From contig NZ_LN831024.1 of the NCBI RefSeq assembly GCF_001457615.1, positions 1,350,001 through 1,382,000 on the forward strand: a stretch of 32,000 bases of DNA. The letters run 5' to 3'. Both the position numbers and the translations under genes were made by a program. The notes under the pieces were generated by a model that saw only the letters and a list, made by a program, of their open reading frames with translations, made no database searches and was not told the DNA's origin. The DNA is from Pseudomonas aeruginosa. GTDB taxonomy: Bacteria; Pseudomonadota; Gammaproteobacteria; Pseudomonadales; Pseudomonadaceae. Below are positions 27,961-32,000 of the stretch, piece by piece (the first letter of the stretch is position 1; each line of letters begins with the position of its first letter).

Positions 27961-30465
27961 TCAGTTGGCGGCCGCGTCGTTGCTTTCGGCGGCGGCTTCC
28001 TCGGCGGGGCGCTCCAGCGCCACCTGGCGGATCGACAGACGGATCTCCGCCGGCAGCACGCGCTTGGCGGCGCCTTCGGCCAGTTCGCCGAGCAGTTCGT
28101 GGTAGCTCAGCTTGCCGGCCTCGTCCTTGCGCAGCACGCGCAGGTCGAGAAGGGTCTGGATGAAGTGGCGGAACAGGCTCTTGTCGAAGAACTCCGGGGC
28201 GTTCAGGCCATGCAGGATCGACAGGCGTTGGGCCATCACGGTGCAGAGGTTCTCCAGTTCCTCGGCGGTCAGGGCGTTCTGCCCGGCGTTGAGCAGCAGG
28301 GCGATGGCCATGTAGAAGCGCTGCAGGGTCTGGGTTACCGAACGAGCGAGGAGGATCAGCAGCACGTATTGCCGCGAGCTTGGCGCCGGGCGGATGAAGG
28401 TGTCGTTCTCCTGGCGCAGCAGGTCCTGTTCCACCAGGGCCGCCAGCCACTGGTCGATCACCGCGTCGAGTTCGTCCAGGCTCCAGCGGATGAACAGTTC
28501 CGCCTGCAGGTAGGGATAGAGCGCGCGGGCGAAGCGCAGCAACTGTTCGCGGCTGATCCGCGAGTTGCTCTGGAAGAAGCTGGCGATCAGCGCCGGCAGG
28601 GCGAAGACGTGGAGGACGTTGTTGCGGTAGTAGGTCGCCAGCACCGCGTTCTGTTCGTCGAGATAGAGGATGCGGCCCAGCGCGTCCTTCTGCTCGGCCA
28701 GCAGGTTCATGCTCTTCACGTATTCGATCAGGGCCTGGCCGTCGCCGTCCGGCAGGGTCGCGCTGGGCGAGTAGGGCACCTTGCGCAGCAACGCCAGGTA
28801 GAGGTCGAGGATTCGCGCCAGGGCGCTTTCGTCGAGGGCCTGTCGGCTGGTGGAGAGCAGCGCCAGGGCGACCAGGTTGACCGGGTTGATCGCCGCCGCG
28901 TCGTTGAGGTGGCGGGCGACGTCCTTGGCCAGCAGGTTGGTGGTCTGCGGCAGCCAGTCGGGGCGGTATTCCGGGCCGAGGTCCTGGTCCTGCCAGTCGG
29001 GCTGGTGGCGGTCGAGGAACTGGTCGAGATGGATCGGCTCGCCGAAGTTCACCCAGACCTGGCCAAAACGCTGCTTCAGGGCGCCGACCACCTTGAACAG
29101 GTCGAAGATCGACTCCTTCTTCTTGGTCGCGCCGCGCAGTTCGCCGAGGTAGGTGCGGCCTTCCAGCACGCGCTCGTAGCCGATGTAGACCGGCACGAAG
29201 ACGATCGGCCGGCGCGAGTCACGGAGGAAGCTGCGCAGGGTGATGGCGAGCATGCCGGTGCGTGGGTGGAGCATGCGCCCGGTGCGCGAACGGCCGCCCT
29301 CGACGAAGTACTCGGTGGAGAAGCCGCGGGAGAACAGGGTGTGCAGGTACTCGTTGAACACCGCGGTGTAGAGCTGGTTGCCCTTGAAGCTGCGGCGCAT
29401 GAAGAAGGCCCCGCCGCGGCGCAGGATCGAGCCGATCACCGGCATGTTCAGGTTGATCCCGGCGGCGATGTGCGGCGGGGTCAGGCCGTTGCGGAACAGC
29501 AGGTAGGAGAGCAGCAGGTAGTCGATGTGGCTGCGGTGGCAGGGCACGTAGACGATCTCGTTGCCCTGGGCCACGTCCTGCACCCGCTCGATGTGGTTGA
29601 CCTTGACACCTTCGTACAGCTTGTTCCAGAACCAGCTGAGGATGACTTCGAGGAAGCGGATCACCGGATAGGAGAAGTCCGAGGCGATTTCATTGGCGTA
29701 GCGCAGCGCGATGCCTTCGGCCTTCTCCTGGGATATCCGTTCGCTCTCGCATTCCTCGCTGATCGCCTGGCGTACCAGCGGCGCGCGCAGCAGGCCCTTG
29801 ACCAGGTTGCGGCGGTGCGACAGGTCGGGACCGATCACCGCGGTCTTCAGGTTGCGGAAGTGCACCCGGAGGATACGGTTGACCATGCGCAGCGTGCGCT
29901 CGTGGCCCTTGCCCTGTTCCACCAGCTCGCGCAGGTGGATCGGCGCTGAGAACTGCACACGGGTCTTGCGTCCGAGGATCAGGATGCGCGCCAGCTTGCG
30001 CAGGCGCCCGGTGACCGCCCAGTTGTCGGCGAACAGCAGCTTCCAGGGGCTCGATTCGCTGTCCGGCGATTGTCCCCAGAACACGCTGACCGGAATGATC
30101 TGCGCGTCGTCGAGACCGTTCTGGCCGACCGCGGCGAGCATGCGCACCAGGGTCGGCGAGGCGCCGCGCTTATCCTGGCGGCCGAGCCAGTCGGGTTCGG
30201 GCGTCAGGTAGAAGAACGCCGCCGGCTCGATGGCGTCGCCTACCGCTACCGGCATCACCGGACGCGGCAGCCCGGCCTTGCGGCATTCGGTATCCACTAC
30301 CGCGAGATCGCTGACCGAAGGCTGTTGCAGCACGTAGAGCACCGGCTTGCTGCGGTCGATCTTCAGGGTGAAGGCCGATTGGTTGATGGTTTCCGAGCGT
30401 ACCCAGAGGTACAGCAGGCGGCGCAGGGCGCCAAAACCAAAGCGGCGGAAAGGGTAGCGGGGCAT
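27961..30465 (-). CDS. plsB: Glycerol-3-phosphate acyltransferase
   Basis: ATG 30465 gives an 834-aa product starting [25 protein letters not shown]. It has the HX4D acyltransferase motif ([15 protein letters not shown]) plus FFMRRSF and [12 protein letters not shown] blocks. The ORF-track extension to 30552 is rejected. Confidence 0.95.
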   Translation of the reverse strand: MPRYPFRRFGFGALRRLLYLWVRSETINQSAFTLKIDRSKPVLYVLQQPSVSDLAVVDTECRKAGLPRPVMPVAVGDAIEPAAFFYLTPEPDWLGRQDKRGASPTLVRMLAAVGQNGLDDAQIIPVSVFWGQSPDSESSPWKLLFADNWAVTGRLRKLARILILGRKTRVQFSAPIHLRELVEQGKGHERTLRMVNRILRVHFRNLKTAVIGPDLSHRRNLVKGLLRAPLVRQAISEECESERISQEKAEGIALRYANEIASDFSYPVIRFLEVILSWFWNKLYEGVKVNHIERVQDVAQGNEIVYVPCHRSHIDYLLLSYLLFRNGLTPPHIAAGINLNMPVIGSILRRGGAFFMRRSFKGNQLYTAVFNEYLHTLFSRGFSTEYFVEGGRSRTGRMLHPRTGMLAITLRSFLRDSRRPIVFVPVYIGYERVLEGRTYLGELRGATKKKESIFDLFKVVGALKQRFGQVWVNFGEPIHLDQFLDRHQPDWQDQDLGPEYRPDWLPQTTNLLAKDVARHLNDAAAINPVNLVALALLSTSRQALDESALARILDLYLALLRKVPYSPSATLPDGDGQALIEYVKSMNLLAEQKDALGRILYLDEQNAVLATYYRNNVLHVFALPALIASFFQSNSRISREQLLRFARALYPYLQAELFIRWSLDELDAVIDQWLAALVEQDLLRQENDTFIRPAPSSRQYVLLILLARSVTQTLQRFYMAIALLLNAGQNALTAEELENLCTVMAQRLSILHGLNAPEFFDKSLFRHFIQTLLDLRVLRKDEAGKLSYHELLGELAEGAAKRVLPAEIRLSIRQVALERPAEEAAAESNDAAAN

Positions 30466-30748
30466 ACGGTGTCTACTGGCAGTTGATCGGGACCCGGCGT
30501 GACGGGCGCGGCTAGTTTGCCGCAATCCCCGGAGGGCCGCAAAAGAACGCAACGCGTCCTACGGCGAACGGCGGCGAACAGGTTGCGAATGTAGAACCTT
30601 CGGCAGGCGTTCGGGTTCTGTCACGTTTTGCCAAGGTTCTCCCGATGCCCCGTATTGCCAGGCGGCGGGGCGCTTCGGCTATAGTCCCTGCGCGTTTTTC
30701 GCGGCCCTGGCCGGACATGGCGGCGGCCGCCGGAACAGGTAGGGGACC

Positions 30749-31672
30749 ATGATCGAAACAAGAAACCTCGGCAAACGCTTCGGCTCGCGGGTGGCGGTGG
30801 ACGACCTGTCCTTCCAGGTGGCGACGGGGGAGGTACTGGGCTTCCTCGGTCCGAACGGCGCCGGCAAGTCCACCACCATGAAGATGCTCACCGGCTTCCT
30901 GGCGCCCAGCGCCGGCACCGCGAGCATCTTCGGCTTCGACATCCGCAACCGCACGCTGCAGGCGCAGCGGCTGATCGGCTACCTCCCGGAAGGTTCGCCC
31001 TGCTACGCGGAAATGACCGTGCAGGGCTTCCTCGATTTCATCGCCGAGATCCGTGGCTACCGTGGTGCCGGCAAGCGCGAGCGGGTCGCCCGGGCACTGG
31101 GGCTGCTGGAACTGGACGAGGTGCGCCGGCAGACCATCGAAACCCTCTCCAAGGGCTTCCGCCGGCGTGTCGGCCTGGCCCAGGCGATCCTCCACGAACC
31201 GCGGGCGCTGGTGCTCGACGAGCCCACCGACGGGCTCGATCCGAACCAGAAGCACCAGGTCCGCGAACTGATCCGCGGCCTCGCGCAGGAGCGCATCGTG
31301 ATCATCTCCACCCATATCCTCGAGGAAGTCTCGGCGCTGTGCAGCCGCGCCCTGGTGATCGGCGGCGGGCGGCTGCTGGCGGACAGCACGCCGCTGGAGC
31401 TGGCCAGCCGCTCGCGCTACCACCAGGCGGTGACGCTCTACAGCGACGAGCCCCTGGATGCCGTGGCGCTGGCGGTGCTGCCGGGCGTGGCGGGCATCGA
31501 GGAGAACCCCGCCGAAGGCAGCCTGACCGTCCTGGCGCAGCCGGGCGCGGTGATCTTCCCCCAGGTCAGCGGGCTGGTCGCCGAGCGCGGCTGGCGGATC
31601 CGCGAACTGGACGTGGAGCGCGGCCGGCTCGACGAGGTATTCCGCAACCTGACCCGGGGGACGGAGGCATGA
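30749..31672 (+). CDS. ABC transporter ATP-binding protein (ABC-2 / GldA-like subfamily)
   Basis: The 307-aa product has Walker A (GPNGAGKST), the signature motif (LSKGFRRRVGLA), Walker B (LVLDEPTDGLD) and the H-loop (ISTHILEE). Confidence 0.92.
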   Translation: MIETRNLGKRFGSRVAVDDLSFQVATGEVLGFLGPNGAGKSTTMKMLTGFLAPSAGTASIFGFDIRNRTLQAQRLIGYLPEGSPCYAEMTVQGFLDFIAEIRGYRGAGKRERVARALGLLELDEVRRQTIETLSKGFRRRVGLAQAILHEPRALVLDEPTDGLDPNQKHQVRELIRGLAQERIVIISTHILEEVSALCSRALVIGGGRLLADSTPLELASRSRYHQAVTLYSDEPLDAVALAVLPGVAGIEENPAEGSLTVLAQPGAVIFPQVSGLVAERGWRIRELDVERGRLDEVFRNLTRGTEA

Positions 31673-32000
31673 AGCAACTGCCGGTGATCTTCAAGCGCGA
31701 GCTGGCGAGTTATTTCGCCACGCCGCTGGCCTATGTGTTCATCGTGATCTTCCTGGTCCTGGCGGGCGTGTTCACCTTCTACCTGGGCAACTTCTACGAA
31801 CGCAACCAGGCCGACCTGGCCTCCTTCTTCGCCTTCCATCCCTGGCTCTACCTGTTCCTGGTTCCCGCGCTGGCCATGCGCCTGTGGGCGGAGGAGCGCA
31901 AGTCCGGCTCGATCGAGCTGCTGATGACCCTGCCGCTGACCCGCTTCGAAGCCGTGGCCGGCAAGTTCCTGGCCGCCTGGGCGTTCGCCGGAATCGCACT
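31669..32000 (+). CDS. ABC-2 type transporter permease (GldF-like), N-terminal fragment running off the window
   Basis: The ATG overlaps the upstream stop (ATGA 31669-31672). My own translation is MKQLPVIFKRELASYFATPLAYVFIVIFLVLAGVFTFYLGNFYERNQADLASFFAFHPWLYLFLVPALAMRLWAEERKSGSIELLMTLPL..., which is typical of ABC-2 permeases. The frame is open to the end of the window. Confidence 0.85.
   Translation, partial: MKQLPVIFKRELASYFATPLAYVFIVIFLVLAGVFTFYLGNFYERNQADLASFFAFHPWLYLFLVPALAMRLWAEERKSGSIELLMTLPLTRFEAVAGKFLAAWAFAGIA

Overview
This is a GC-rich chromosomal segment with strong G/C bias at third codon positions. From memory, its gene content and order match the Pseudomonas aeruginosa core region PA3701 to PA3671, read in the opposite orientation to PAO1 numbering. 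The order is prfB(3' end)-lysS, a TetR-family regulator, a six-gene operon of poorly characterised proteins, lptF with its DUF4398 lipoprotein partner, cadA/cadR, ppc, adk, tsaB, a co-directional string (small protein, DUF72, PEP-mutase/isocitrate-lyase family, LAS-type peptidase, rsmJ, cytochrome P450), mexL-mexJK, two envelope proteins (DUF4197, YbaY-like), plsB, and the start of an ABC-2 transporter. I support 31 protein-coding genes, two of them cut by the window edges, plus several rho-independent terminators and one clear MerR-type promoter/operator. I saw no rRNA, tRNA, CRISPR array, transposase, integrase or phage gene, and no obvious compositional island. Most of the window is ordinary, well-known core genome. 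The best candidate for an undescribed system is the operon at about 2.84-7.36 kb. It has four ATGA start/stop overlaps and links two lipoproteins and a small membrane protein with a MATCAP-like DUF1704 metallopeptidase (HExxxH), an AIM24/TIGR00266 protein, a BEM46-like alpha/beta hydrolase and a YmdB-type macrodomain. Second-tier items are a LAS-metallopeptidase signature in the so-called extensin-like gene, an orphan P450 convergent with mexL, repeat-rich regulatory regions at 1.95-2.02 kb, 8.6-9.0 kb and 30.5-30.7 kb, and a possible ECF-sigma-type promoter between a terminator and the operon. All family assignments come from reading motifs by eye. No database search or computation was run.
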